DNA from: a virus | Virus record (IMG/VR): IMGVR_UViG_3300017729_000001 | Coordinates: 26,430 to 90,429 of that record | Direction: 5' to 3' (one strand) | Length of the DNA: 64,000 nt | In this document: positions 1 through 8,901 of the stretch, in pieces | Layout of the letters: each line of letters starts with the position of its first letter | Numbering within the stretch: position 1 is the first letter of the stretch | Translations under genes and position numbers: made by a program | The notes under the pieces: generated by a model | What the model was told of the DNA's origin: nothing | Databases searched by the model: none | Seen by the model: only the letters and a program-made list of their open reading frames with translations

Positions 1-78
1 TTATTCTTATTGAATTTCTCTTGATGATTCTTAATTATTTTTGAAGCATTCTTCACTGAGTTAGTGCCTCCCTTTTTT

Positions 79-255
79 CTACCTTTCTTTTTTGGCTCCA
101 TCTTCATTGAGTTTTACTTGGTTTAAAATATTTCCTATCCTAGTTGGTATAACAACTGATGTGTTACATGTATCGCAACATCTTCCATCGGTTACAGGTG
201 CTGGGTTGTGTCCATAGCCTAAAACCTCGTCACCACATATGCTACACTTTTCCAT
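79..255 (-). CDS. small Cys-rich (Zn-finger-like) protein, 58 aa, not in ORF track
   Basis: Manual translation MEKCSICGDEVLGYGHNPAPVTDGRCCDTCNTSVVIPTRIGNILNQVKLNEDGAKKER*; CxxC...CCxxC; ATG overlaps end of upstream HNH gene. Confidence 0.7.
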   Translation of the reverse strand: MEKCSICGDEVLGYGHNPAPVTDGRCCDTCNTSVVIPTRIGNILNQVKLNEDGAKKER

Positions 256-547
256 TTCTCCTTAAATTTCTATTTATTAACTCTGCTCTGCTAATACACT
301 CTAAGTTAGCAATGTTATCATTTTGAACATTTCCGTCAGAATGATATATCACCCAACCACTAGGAATAGCACCATGATGGTTAAGCCAAGTTGCTCTGGC
401 TCTGGAAATTCTCTTCCCATCGTGCTTTACGAACACTGCCCTTTCGGTGCCTTCGTACCATTGCTTGGAGTGAGAATTTGCTTCGTCTTTTTGTTGCTTT
501 TTTGTAAAAGCTGATTTGATAGCATCAATAAAAGGTAATTTAAACAT
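242..547 (-). CDS. HNH endonuclease-like protein
   Basis: WLNHHGAIPSGWVIYHSDGNVQNDNIANLECISRAE matches HNH_3 pattern (H.DG...N..I.NL). Confidence 0.75.
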   Translation of the reverse strand: MFKLPFIDAIKSAFTKKQQKDEANSHSKQWYEGTERAVFVKHDGKRISRARATWLNHHGAIPSGWVIYHSDGNVQNDNIANLECISRAELINRNLRRNGKV

Positions 548-550
548 TGT

Positions 551-958
551 TTATGATTTATAGGTTAAAATTTTGTCTGGCTTTCTAGCTATGTTCCATA
601 ACATTCTCATTTGAATCTTTGGTAATTTATTAGGTGTATTTGACCTTACGCAATCCGTCACTATATCGTCACCCTCAAATACTGCCATATGAATTCTAGT
701 TGATGTTGGTCTTGAAATTATCAATCCGACCTCGTTAATGAATGTAGGCATATCAACCATTTCTTTATTTTTGTCCCAAATCAAAATGTCGCCTACATTT
801 AGTGTGATGGTTGTTGAATAATCTCTCACTTTAAAATCTGTGCTACTCATCATATCCTCATACGATGTTAGTACAATTTCGCTTAGTCCTATTCGCCTCA
901 GAACATACGACTGACAGTTGTCAAATTTACTTAATGTTACTTGCCTTAATTTTCGCAT
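551..958 (-). CDS. hypothetical protein
   Basis: 135-aa ORF in tightly packed minus-strand run. Confidence 0.6.
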   Translation of the reverse strand: MRKLRQVTLSKFDNCQSYVLRRIGLSEIVLTSYEDMMSSTDFKVRDYSTTITLNVGDILIWDKNKEMVDMPTFINEVGLIISRPTSTRIHMAVFEGDDIVTDCVRSNTPNKLPKIQMRMLWNIARKPDKILTYKS

Positions 959-1271
959 TGTCTCTGTTTTCCTTTTCTTCTCTTTCCTTTTTTATTTCCT
1001 CATAGAACTCATCATGAGAAATGAACTCACCCTCTATAATAGGTGTTGGTGCCCAATGCGTTACATCATGGGTATCAAAATATTGACAACAACCGCATGT
1101 CGATGTTACTTCAGCAAAACTGCCTCCCTTGGGTGCCGAATCATCTGGCCACCACCTAGCTGTAAATACATAAGGCTTCAATCTTCTATCTACTGCCCTA
1201 TGTAAGACAACAACTATTTCATCTTCATTCGGCTTTTGTTCTCTTACACTTATCCAATTCAACTTATTCAT
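927..1271 (-). CDS. DUF551-like phage protein
   Basis: N-terminal WISVREQKP and C-terminal VTHWAP are typical of DUF551 proteins. Confidence 0.6.
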   Translation of the reverse strand: MNKLNWISVREQKPNEDEIVVVLHRAVDRRLKPYVFTARWWPDDSAPKGGSFAEVTSTCGCCQYFDTHDVTHWAPTPIIEGEFISHDEFYEEIKKEREEKENRDNAKIKASNIK

Positions 1272-1554
1272 AATTCATGTCTAATTCTTGTTTCAACATA
1301 TGGTCTGACTCAATATGGTACAGCACTTCAATCTCTCCACTGTGTAAAAGAACTTTGTAACCATCATATTCAAATACTTCAAGTTCAGTTCCTTTAGATG
1401 TCACTATTATTTCTGACGGCACCTTAACCTCTTTTATTGGTTGCTTATCCAGTTTTATCTTATCTAGGTCAAAGTGGTTAATGATATATATGTAACCAAA
1501 GAAACCAGCTGAGAATATTATTACACAATACAATATGTTCTTTATCAATCTCAT
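1264..1554 (-). CDS. hypothetical membrane-anchored protein
   Basis: N-terminal hydrophobic segment ILYCVIIFSAGFFGYIYII. Confidence 0.6.
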   Translation of the reverse strand: MRLIKNILYCVIIFSAGFFGYIYIINHFDLDKIKLDKQPIKEVKVPSEIIVTSKGTELEVFEYDGYKVLLHSGEIEVLYHIESDHMLKQELDMNYE

Positions 1555-1967
1555 TAGTTCACGTTTTTAATATTATCCCAAAATTCTTTCGGCAAACTTA
1601 CATTTCCAATGAATAAACATTCGCTGAACATCGGTGCTATTTCTGAATATTCAAAGCCAGCAATTCCGCATCCTATCGCAGTGACGATGTATTTTTTGTT
1701 TTGGTTCACTTTTACATGTTCGATGAATCTCTGTACGAACATTTTTATGTCCTCTAATTCCATTCTGCCGTCACTCGTAAAATCTACTGTTGGTATGGCA
1801 TAAGTTTGTCCTGATTCACCCTCTTCCATTCCCCAATCAGCACCGAATTTCTCATGAGCAATTTTAGCAGCACCACCTACATGTTCGCCTTGCATATTAC
1901 TTCCAAAAACGAAAATCTCATGACTTTTCAAATTGGTTATTTCTCCTATGGTTATTTTTCCTTTCAT
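1554..1967 (-). CDS. macrodomain-like phage protein (A1S_2505-like family)
   Basis: IFVFGSN..G.H.GGAA..A...FGA..G..EG..GQTYAIPT and TAIGCGIAG motifs. Confidence 0.7.
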   Translation of the reverse strand: MKGKITIGEITNLKSHEIFVFGSNMQGEHVGGAAKIAHEKFGADWGMEEGESGQTYAIPTVDFTSDGRMELEDIKMFVQRFIEHVKVNQNKKYIVTAIGCGIAGFEYSEIAPMFSECLFIGNVSLPKEFWDNIKNVN

Positions 1968-2077
1968 TACTTGTACATTAAAATCAATATCAATACTCCT
2001 ATCAGTATCGTATTGATGACGCTCAGAGTGAACGCCATCCTCGACAGTTTGCTATTTCTTCTATTTGACCACTCCAT
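1967..2077 (-). CDS. small membrane protein, 36 aa, not in ORF track
   Basis: MEWSNRRNSKLSRMAFTLSVINTILIGVLILILMYK*; TAATG coupling with downstream gene; one TM helix. Confidence 0.55.
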   Translation of the reverse strand: MEWSNRRNSKLSRMAFTLSVINTILIGVLILILMYK

Positions 2078-2204
2078 GTTCTTCTAAATATTCAGACCAG
2101 TCAATTTGGTCATCTGGATTATTCTCATTCCACTTTCGCCATTCTCTTCTGAGCCTTACCCATTCTGACGTTCCATCCGATATTAAACTTCCATTCATTT
2201 TCAT
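2061..2204 (-). CDS. small hypothetical protein, 47 aa, not in ORF track
   Basis: MKMNGSLISDGTSEWVRLRREWRKWNENNPDDQIDWSEYLEEHGVVK*; fills the gap between neighbours. Confidence 0.5.
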   Translation of the reverse strand: MKMNGSLISDGTSEWVRLRREWRKWNENNPDDQIDWSEYLEEHGVVK

Positions 2205-2206
2205 AA

Positions 2207-3037
2207 CTAACTTTGTATTTCATGAATTAAACCTCTTTTGAAAAAACCAAAGAACTCATCTTTGCCTCCTTTAGAAATCGTGCCTGAAAATATCAGGGTG
2301 GTTTCTTCTTTTAGTGCTTCCAATTCTGTATTCACTCCGACCTTGCCCCAACACTTCCATCCGTCAACATGCTTCAGTAAAAGTGCGGTGTACTCACCCC
2401 ATTCTGTTACTTTAGGCTTGGCACTAATTAAGGTCATCTCAACTTTCTTCAACCTACCCTCAACAACTGGCTTAGCATCCTTATTCTCTGCCTTTCGCTT
2501 TTCAGCCCACTCCTTTGCTTGGACATCTAGCTTAATGGCTAGAGCCACTTGCTTTTCGCTCAGACTTCCGTATTGTCTCAACTTGCTTTTTAAGTCCTTA
2601 CTGATATTATGTTCGCACTCTAATGCTTCTTCAAGACCAGCATTATCAGCATAAAACTTTTTCATCGCAAGTTCCTTGGCTAACTTTTTACGCTTGGCCA
2701 TCGACACTTCTTTCATTCGGTCAACTTTCTCGCTACTGAAGTTTGCTAAATCATTACCACATTCACTTCCTAGAACATGGATAGAGCCATTTTCGTGTTG
2801 AGCAACTACGATATATCTGATATGGGTGTTACAGGCATTACATTGCGTCTTATAATGTACCATCTCAATCATCTTCTGATAAACATCATCCTCAACTTTT
2901 ATCTCCAAGTCAACTTCTGCTTCCCAATCGCATATACTACCATCGAAATCTAGCACTGGTGTTCTGTATCCGTACCCAACGACAGCGAACTCACTCGCCA
3001 TCATTCGGTCATTTCCTATGTATTCAAAATTTTCCAT
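2207..3037 (-). CDS. hypothetical protein (Zn-binding N-terminal part, possible C-terminal OB-fold)
   Basis: CNACNTHIRY...VLGSECG; LRQYGSLSEKQ; beta-rich C-terminus ending FFKR. Confidence 0.6.
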   Translation of the reverse strand: MENFEYIGNDRMMASEFAVVGYGYRTPVLDFDGSICDWEAEVDLEIKVEDDVYQKMIEMVHYKTQCNACNTHIRYIVVAQHENGSIHVLGSECGNDLANFSSEKVDRMKEVSMAKRKKLAKELAMKKFYADNAGLEEALECEHNISKDLKSKLRQYGSLSEKQVALAIKLDVQAKEWAEKRKAENKDAKPVVEGRLKKVEMTLISAKPKVTEWGEYTALLLKHVDGWKCWGKVGVNTELEALKEETTLIFSGTISKGGKDEFFGFFKRGLIHEIQS

Positions 3038-3045
3038 CTTTAAAA

Positions 3046-3837
3046 TTATTTATTTGGGTTCATGATAGCATCAGTCAACTCTGGCTGAAACTCGTTACAT
3101 ATTTCTATCATTCTAACATCATCTATCATCTCAGGTGTGATAGGTGCTAACTGCTTTTTCCAAGACTTATTGAATGCCTCTCTTCCCATCGTCACCCCTC
3201 GCTTTTCAACTCGCTTTCCGACCTCGTATGTCGTTGTCCCATTTCCTGTGCTTACGCCACCAATATTATTATTGTAGTGGTCAGTCACGCAGTTAGAATC
3301 GAATGAACATCTGAATGTTAAATCGTGGTTCATTCTATATGTGACTGTCGTTCCCTCTAGTGCTTTGAAGTGTCGATAACCTCCAGCCGTTTCATAACAG
3401 TCCGCATCACCATCTTCGTAATCAGCAGTCAGTTTTCCTGTCCCAATGAATTGGTCATCGGCATGTTTAGTGTTTAGGAACATGACTCCATTTTGCTCAT
3501 AGGTTATTTTGTTAGTTGTTGATAGGTGCTTAACAAATCTGATACGTTCGCATATCTCAGCAACTTCCTTAACAGCATTAAACAAAAAGTTGACGTTGAT
3601 GTCTCCATCATCCTCATTTGGGTTGTAGCAGTTTCTGATAATGTTACTTACAGCACCCCAAACGTCACCATCATAAGAACTAAAAAATTGAAAATCTTCA
3701 TTCTTGTTTTTGATAGCCCCAGCAATGTAGCCTTTCACATTATCCACACTTGGATAAAATAATTGCTTGTGTAATTTACGACCACCTGTGCTACTGGTCT
3801 TGTTCGTTTCGTGATTGTATGTGATATTCTTTTCCAT
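3046..3837 (-). CDS. hypothetical protein
   Basis: 263-aa ORF with AT-rich leader. Confidence 0.65.
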   Translation of the reverse strand: MEKNITYNHETNKTSSTGGRKLHKQLFYPSVDNVKGYIAGAIKNKNEDFQFFSSYDGDVWGAVSNIIRNCYNPNEDDGDINVNFLFNAVKEVAEICERIRFVKHLSTTNKITYEQNGVMFLNTKHADDQFIGTGKLTADYEDGDADCYETAGGYRHFKALEGTTVTYRMNHDLTFRCSFDSNCVTDHYNNNIGGVSTGNGTTTYEVGKRVEKRGVTMGREAFNKSWKKQLAPITPEMIDDVRMIEICNEFQPELTDAIMNPNK

Positions 3838-3856
3838 CTTTAATAAATTTACAGTT

Positions 3857-3889
3857 TAAAAAAAGAGTGAGGGCATTACACCCCCACTC
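3857..3889 (-). terminator. intrinsic terminator
   Basis: Minus strand GAGTGGGGG-TGTAATG-CCCTCACTC followed by T7, right after stop of 3898..4182. Confidence 0.7.
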
Positions 3890-3897
3890 GCTCATTC

Positions 3898-4182
3898 TTA
3901 TGCCTCAGCGTCAACTACGTGATACACTTTCTTAATATCTCTCTTCAGCTGAACAACTTTGTGCTCTCGCTTATATAAGGTGATGAAATCTTTACAGTTC
4001 TGAATATCTCTAAATCGAATCGCATCCCCTTTATACTCGTCAGACTTCATATCACTAGGCTTGATGTTTCTCCATATTAGGTTGAAGAATACTTTGACCT
4101 GTGGATAGTAATAACTAGCCTTTTGACCGCATGAGTTAGTTCTTTCGTTTCTTACCTCTTTAATTCTAAATACATTTTTCAT
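3898..4182 (-). CDS. hypothetical protein
   Basis: 94-aa ORF between a promoter-like site and a terminator. Confidence 0.65.
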   Translation of the reverse strand: MKNVFRIKEVRNERTNSCGQKASYYYPQVKVFFNLIWRNIKPSDMKSDEYKGDAIRFRDIQNCKDFITLYKREHKVVQLKRDIKKVYHVVDAEA

Positions 4183-4224
4183 AATCGTGACTTTTAAATT
4201 TTTGTTATATAATTAATTCTGATA

Positions 4225-4255
4225 TAAAGATACTGTAAATTTACATAACGACAAT
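4225..4255 (-). promoter_or_regulatory. Bacteroidota-type sigma-A promoter (near consensus)
   Basis: Minus strand ATTG-N19-TATCTTTA versus consensus TTTG-N19-21-TAnnTTTG; downstream of a terminator. Confidence 0.5.
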
Positions 4256-4276
4256 GAGTTTTGTAAAGTTTTTTAC

Positions 4277-4304
4277 AAAAAAAGTGCCCTCACTTGGAGA
4301 GCAC
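4277..4304 (-). terminator. intrinsic terminator
   Basis: GTGCTCTC-CAAGT-GAGGGCAC then T7 on minus strand. Confidence 0.75.
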
Positions 4305-4348
4305 CCTTACAAATACTGGAAACTAAATTTAACAAAAAAATGGGCAAA

Positions 4349-4732
4349 TTACCATTTAACCTTATCTGCCCAATAAGCAGCACTCATTTTTCCTCTGGCT
4401 ATATTCTTACCATGTCTGGCTTTAAACGATGCCCTTTTCTTTTTCATTTTTTCACTTTCACCCTTTTTTGGGTCACCAGCAGTTGATGCGCCTTGCTCAC
4501 CGAATCTTATTGTTTTGACTTTATCACCCTCTTTTGCTACGACCACATGAGACTTTGTCGGATGACTTGGTGTTCTTTTTGGCTTATTAAACCCCTCTAC
4601 ACCTGCTCTTGTCAATCTTGGGTCTTTCTCTTTAGCTTTTTTTAACTCCATAGAGCCACCCTCAATTCCTTTAAATATATTATCAATTCTTTGTGCTTTA
4701 TCAGCATGTATTTGTTTTCTCCACTCTTCCAT
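4349..4732 (-). CDS. conserved basic phage protein, possible internal head protein
   Basis: KPKRTP.HP.KSHVV.AK.G...K.IRFG.QG...R.SFKARH...SAAYWA.KVKW module; N-terminal IFKG and LKKA sites. Confidence 0.7.
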   Translation of the reverse strand: MEEWRKQIHADKAQRIDNIFKGIEGGSMELKKAKEKDPRLTRAGVEGFNKPKRTPSHPTKSHVVVAKEGDKVKTIRFGEQGASTAGDPKKGESEKMKKKRASFKARHGKNIARGKMSAAYWADKVKW

Positions 4733-4892
4733 TTTTATCTCTTTTTAAATATTCTTGCCAAACTCTTTCTCTATCACTCTTACTCATTTGGCTGTATCCA
4801 TCATTTACGAATGAAGCAAATTGTATTGCCTCCCTTTTTATTTGAATCGTATGAAGCAACTCTAATGCGTAAACAACATCTTTTTCAGCCAT
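4701..4892 (-). CDS. hypothetical protein
   Basis: 63-aa ORF overlapping next gene start. Confidence 0.5.
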   Translation of the reverse strand: MAEKDVVYALELLHTIQIKREAIQFASFVNDGYSQMSKSDRERVWQEYLKRDKNGRVEKTNTC

Positions 4893-4909
4893 GATAATAT
4901 AATAGTTGA

Positions 4910-6025
4910 TTAATTGCGTTTTTTATTCGCATTTGCTGTGTCGGCATCTATATTTGACTTGGTATTTTTCATTGCCTGTTTCTTCGCCTTTAATTTAGCA
5001 ATCATTTTTTCCTTAGCACTCATAGCTTTCTCCACATCCTTTTCATTTTGCTCTTCTTCAACAACCACGGCATCCTGAACTTCCATATCACGCTGTACCT
5101 GATACTTCTTAATTTTTTCAAAATTGTAATTCATCTGACTTGGAAATGTCGTTTCACCATCATCGTCATTTTCATCAAAGTCACCTAACACATTGCTGAA
5201 CTTCGCATAAAATGATTGATTGAGTGAATAGATTAACTTGATAGGGTTGATGTTCATCCTAGCTGATACCCTACCCAAGATAATTTCTTTCAAGTTCAAT
5301 GTCCTGAAAACTTCATCCCTCAAGTGCGCTTGAATTGATGCTTCATAATTTACATCTACCTTACCATCAATGGTCAATCGGTCACCCTCTGCCTCTTTAC
5401 GAATCTGCTCCAGAGTTGTTAGCAATAGCTTATAATCTTCACGTGACTTACTGTCCTCATACTTTTCTTTTTGCTTACTGTACAGCCAGACCAGTTCTTC
5501 CAATCTACTTCTTTTTACACCAAGCCTGATATCTGAGTATGATGCCTTGAATTTTTCAATCCGTGTATCAATGTCGTTCGCATATTCTTTTCTGAAGTTG
5601 ATGATAGATTGCTTCTTCATCGGCAACCCCCAGTCCACGTTGACTACCTTGAGCACCTCATCCACTGTAAACATCCTCCCAAAATACTCTATCAATTCCT
5701 CACGCTTGTTATCTAGCATGCCTGAACCTTTCTTCTGCCGACCTTGCTTGTGCCCAAATGCTACCCTTTTTAAAGCAGTAGCCTTATTGTTTATTTTATA
5801 GTACAGGTCTTTTTTCTTCATTACACTTGACTGTTCTTCTACAGACAAATGCTCAATTTTCTTTTGTAAGACATGCGGAAATGACGCCAAGTTTATCTCC
5901 TTACCATCGGACAACTCAAGCATCTTCTTTGTTGTTAATATAGGGTGTTTAGATAGTTTCACCCATTTCTGATACGCCACTTTATCCTTTACTCCATCTG
6001 GTACAATTTCTGAGTTCTTTTCCAT
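4910..6025 (-). CDS. hypothetical helical protein, possible terminase small subunit
   Basis: HTH-like region followed by RSRLEEL...LLTTLEQIRKE; late-promoter-like box upstream; function is inference only. Confidence 0.4.
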   Translation of the reverse strand: MEKNSEIVPDGVKDKVAYQKWVKLSKHPILTTKKMLELSDGKEINLASFPHVLQKKIEHLSVEEQSSVMKKKDLYYKINNKATALKRVAFGHKQGRQKKGSGMLDNKREELIEYFGRMFTVDEVLKVVNVDWGLPMKKQSIINFRKEYANDIDTRIEKFKASYSDIRLGVKRSRLEELVWLYSKQKEKYEDSKSREDYKLLLTTLEQIRKEAEGDRLTIDGKVDVNYEASIQAHLRDEVFRTLNLKEIILGRVSARMNINPIKLIYSLNQSFYAKFSNVLGDFDENDDDGETTFPSQMNYNFEKIKKYQVQRDMEVQDAVVVEEEQNEKDVEKAMSAKEKMIAKLKAKKQAMKNTKSNIDADTANANKKRN

Positions 6026-6143
6026 ATTTTAAATTTTGTCTTTTTACATATACAAGTTCTCTTCATATAATACTTGTATGTTAGCATTTAGACTTGTAAA
6101 GTATATGGTTCAATGTATTTGTTTTAGCACACTTTTCTATATG

Positions 6144-6401
6144 CTACAACTTGTCGAATCTTATTTCAACAGAATACTGACTGCCTAGTTCTTTCAATCT
6201 CTCTCTTTCTATTCCTTCCAAAAAGCCTTCATTGATGATTAGACCTTCACCTGATGGATCACTTCTCATATCCTCTTCATCGTTGCTGAATACTTGAAAG
6301 AAATATCCTGGTTTGAATCCTGGTACTGTATCATATCCATAACTTACGTCAACATTGTCTCCTGTGTTTGGATTAATTCCTATGGTAGTTATTCTGCTCA
6401 T
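6144..6401 (-). CDS. hypothetical protein
   Basis: 85-aa ORF, overlap with upstream stop. Confidence 0.6.
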   Translation of the reverse strand: MSRITTIGINPNTGDNVDVSYGYDTVPGFKPGYFFQVFSNDEEDMRSDPSGEGLIINEGFLEGIERERLKELGSQYSVEIRFDKL

Positions 6402-6973
6402 TTCTTGCTATTTTCTAGTACGTCACTAACTTGTGTTATTGTCTTTCTTATACATGTCTCAGCCAGTTTCAGAATCGCTTCAACATCTTCTAGCTTAAAC
6501 CCTGCTATGTACTCTTTCATCACTCCTACCACTTCTATCGTCCATACATCATCCCTCTTCCAAGTTACCCTAGCAATATCATGTTTATCATTAAAAGGTA
6601 TCTTGTAAATATGCTTCTTATCATCCCAAACCCATCTTAGTTTAGGTGAGTCAAATACTACTAATGATTTGTAAAGTTCATCCTTCATTTCTTCATTCAC
6701 TGACTCTATATGAAACGTGACCTTATTTTTCAAATCAACTATTTGCTCTGGCGTTAAATTATATTCAAACCACCTCTTTAAAAACACCCTCTTGTCTCTC
6801 AAATTTACGAATAGTTCAGTTTCGTTTTTATCTTCTAGCCTTATGACTCTCATGTCAGCTAATGTTAAATGTTGACCTATCATTTCGGTTTTTAACACTG
6901 CTTCAGTTTGTACAGTGACCATCCTTTTAAACTCATCTGTTGCGTTCTCCACGCATTCTTTTATACTATCCAT
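6398..6973 (-). CDS. hypothetical protein
   Basis: 191-aa ORF. Confidence 0.65.
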   Translation of the reverse strand: MDSIKECVENATDEFKRMVTVQTEAVLKTEMIGQHLTLADMRVIRLEDKNETELFVNLRDKRVFLKRWFEYNLTPEQIVDLKNKVTFHIESVNEEMKDELYKSLVVFDSPKLRWVWDDKKHIYKIPFNDKHDIARVTWKRDDVWTIEVVGVMKEYIAGFKLEDVEAILKLAETCIRKTITQVSDVLENSKK

Positions 6974-6985
6974 ATCATTTATTTT

Positions 6986-7294
6986 TTAACTCTCAGGCTC
7001 AGCAAATATTGGAATAAACCATGAGGCAAAATTCTCCATAACCCATAAAGGTACTGCTGGTGTTATTCCTAGTTGAATAATTCCTGTCTCATCGTCATAG
7101 TTCTGTATTGACCAATACGAATCTGCTAGAAATATCTCCTCAATTTTTATTCTTGTTGTATCCTTATAGTTATTAACTATGCGTAAACTGAAAGGTGCTA
7201 CGCCAGAGAAATGATCATCCACTTCCTCTTGCCTACCTTCACCGAACATTGTAAATATTCCTTTTATTTTTACTCCCTCATCAACCATTTCCAT
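6986..7294 (-). CDS. hypothetical protein
   Basis: 102-aa ORF. Confidence 0.6.
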   Translation of the reverse strand: MEMVDEGVKIKGIFTMFGEGRQEEVDDHFSGVAPFSLRIVNNYKDTTRIKIEEIFLADSYWSIQNYDDETGIIQLGITPAVPLWVMENFASWFIPIFAEPES

Positions 7295-7306
7295 AATTTC
7301 TTTATT

Positions 7307-7768
7307 TTAGAACCACCACTCAGGGGCAGGTCTGTTACCCCAATCTGCTAAGTGACGTTTATCAATCATATAATAGTTGCGATAGGCTTCAATAGCATCG
7401 GATGATTTGAATTCATCTGGCATTGCCTGAGCGAATGGAGTCATTTCGCTATCCTTAAATACAGGCACATTTTGAAGACACCATAGGATGACATCCTTGG
7501 TCTTATGCTTTTTATGAAATCGGTGCTCGAACTCTCTACACAGTTGTAAGCCTAACTTACACAGCCACATGTAATTACTTTTAGATTGTCGAGCCCATAC
7601 ACCGCAAGGATGATTATGGTGCGTCTTTTTGTAAGGTGCTTCGCCACCTAGTTCCCAATGAGCAGTACAAAGTAATTGTGCTGACTCTAAAATCATTTTA
7701 ACCACGTGTTTATTATTGTGGTACTGAGCGCATTTCTTAATGTCGCTATCTAATACAAATATATTCAT
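7307..7768 (-). CDS. pyrimidine dimer DNA glycosylase / endonuclease V family protein
   Basis: MNIFVLD...CAQYH.NKHVVKMILESAQLLCTAH...YKKTH.NHPC..W...S..NY.WL...F.QAMPD...AYRNYY. Confidence 0.85.
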   Translation of the reverse strand: MNIFVLDSDIKKCAQYHNNKHVVKMILESAQLLCTAHWELGGEAPYKKTHHNHPCGVWARQSKSNYMWLCKLGLQLCREFEHRFHKKHKTKDVILWCLQNVPVFKDSEMTPFAQAMPDEFKSSDAIEAYRNYYMIDKRHLADWGNRPAPEWWF

Positions 7769-7772
7769 GATA

Positions 7773-7803
7773 CAAAATTAACTCGTTTACATTTCTTTAC
7801 AAA
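7773..7803 (-). promoter_or_regulatory. Bacteroidota-type sigma-A promoter, consensus match
   Basis: Minus strand TTTG-N19-TAATTTTG, ending 4 nt before the ATG of 7307..7768. Confidence 0.7.
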
Positions 7804-7812
7804 GTAACTTTG

Positions 7813-8094
7813 TTAATCTTTTTGCTTTGACTTATGACTCATGTAAATTTTACATAGGTCATTTATAATGCTTAACTTGGAACAAAGCTGGCCATCTCCT
7901 TTAATAGTGAGAGTGACTAAATTTACAGATTTTTCAGCAATTCTTTCCACCTCAAAATAATCATCACTGACTTGATTAAAATCGTATCCATACTTCAGGC
8001 TCATTTTTTCTTTAGCCTTATGAATGATTATTCCCTCATCGTCAGTTCTTACTTCATCGTGAAAAACTCCTATTTGAAAAATCTTGTCCGTCAT
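7813..8094 (-). CDS. hypothetical protein
   Basis: 93-aa ORF coupled (ATGA) to RNase H gene. Confidence 0.6.
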   Translation of the reverse strand: MTDKIFQIGVFHDEVRTDDEGIIIHKAKEKMSLKYGYDFNQVSDDYFEVERIAEKSVNLVTLTIKGDGQLCSKLSIINDLCKIYMSHKSKQKD

Positions 8095-8564
8095 ACTACA
8101 CCATTTAAAATTAAGTTATGTTTTCTTGCTTGTCCAGCTAAATAATCAGCACGTTCATTATGAACTACACCTGAATGTCCTTTCACTTTTACAAACTTTA
8201 CTCTCAACAACTTTGAGTGATACAAATATAACATTTCTTTCCAAAGGTCAGAATTTTTAACTTCATCCCAATCCATTTCCTGCCATCTTATGTACCATCT
8301 TTCAATAAAACAATTAACTACATAAGCACTATCTGAATAGACCTCTATTTTGATATTTGGGTGCGAATGAGTTACATAGTTCAACCCTTTAATAACTGCT
8401 AGCATCTCCATTCTATTTGAAGTGGTTTCTTTTTCAAAACCTAAGTCTTCAAATATCACTTTGTCATTCTTGATTAGAACAAACCCCCAACCTCCAAAAC
8501 CTTTAGTTGCATTGCTTGGATTATTGTTACAAGAACCATCTGTCCATATTTGGTATTTATCCAT
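8091..8564 (-). CDS. rnhA: ribonuclease HI
   Basis: WTDGSC...GGWG...TTSNRMEMLAVI...YSDSAYV...VKNSDLW...KVKGHSG...NERADYLA. Confidence 0.95.
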   Translation of the reverse strand: MDKYQIWTDGSCNNNPSNATKGFGGWGFVLIKNDKVIFEDLGFEKETTSNRMEMLAVIKGLNYVTHSHPNIKIEVYSDSAYVVNCFIERWYIRWQEMDWDEVKNSDLWKEMLYLYHSKLLRVKFVKVKGHSGVVHNERADYLAGQARKHNLILNGVV

Positions 8565-8575
8565 ATTAATTTTTT

Positions 8576-8600
8576 AAAAATGGGAGGTGCTTGCCTCCCA
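8576..8600 (-). terminator. intrinsic terminator-like hairpin
   Basis: TGGGAGG-CAAGCA-CCTCCCA then TTTTT on minus strand. Confidence 0.65.
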
Positions 8601-8634
8601 TTCTTGTGTTGAAGTTCATCGAAAAAATGACAAC

Positions 8635-8901
8635 TTATTTACCAAACACTTCAACAGTTTCATGTTCTGCTTTAAATACTCCACCATGCTCATGTAGTGG
8701 CTTTTGCAAAACAAGTAATTCTTTATATGTCCTGAGCACTCCTGAGCTATTCGGCACTGCCTCAATCAACTCCTTATTATTAACTTTGAGTGTGTAGTAA
8801 GTCATTTGTCCTAGCAATAATATCTCTGGTTTTATTTTCTTCTTTTTTAAAGCCTTTATTTGCTTTTCAATTTCCGCATCTATGTTCTTTGCGCTTTTCA
8901 T
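8635..8901 (-). CDS. hypothetical protein
   Basis: 88-aa ORF coupled to helicase stop. Confidence 0.55.
   Translation of the reverse strand: MKSAKNIDAEIEKQIKALKKKKIKPEILLLGQMTYYTLKVNNKELIEAVPNSSGVLRTYKELLVLQKPLHEHGGVFKAEHETVEVFGK

Noticed and set aside
8388-8398. Late-box-like GCAGTTATTAA
   Set aside because: Lies mid-gene in RNase HI, far from any start; likely chance
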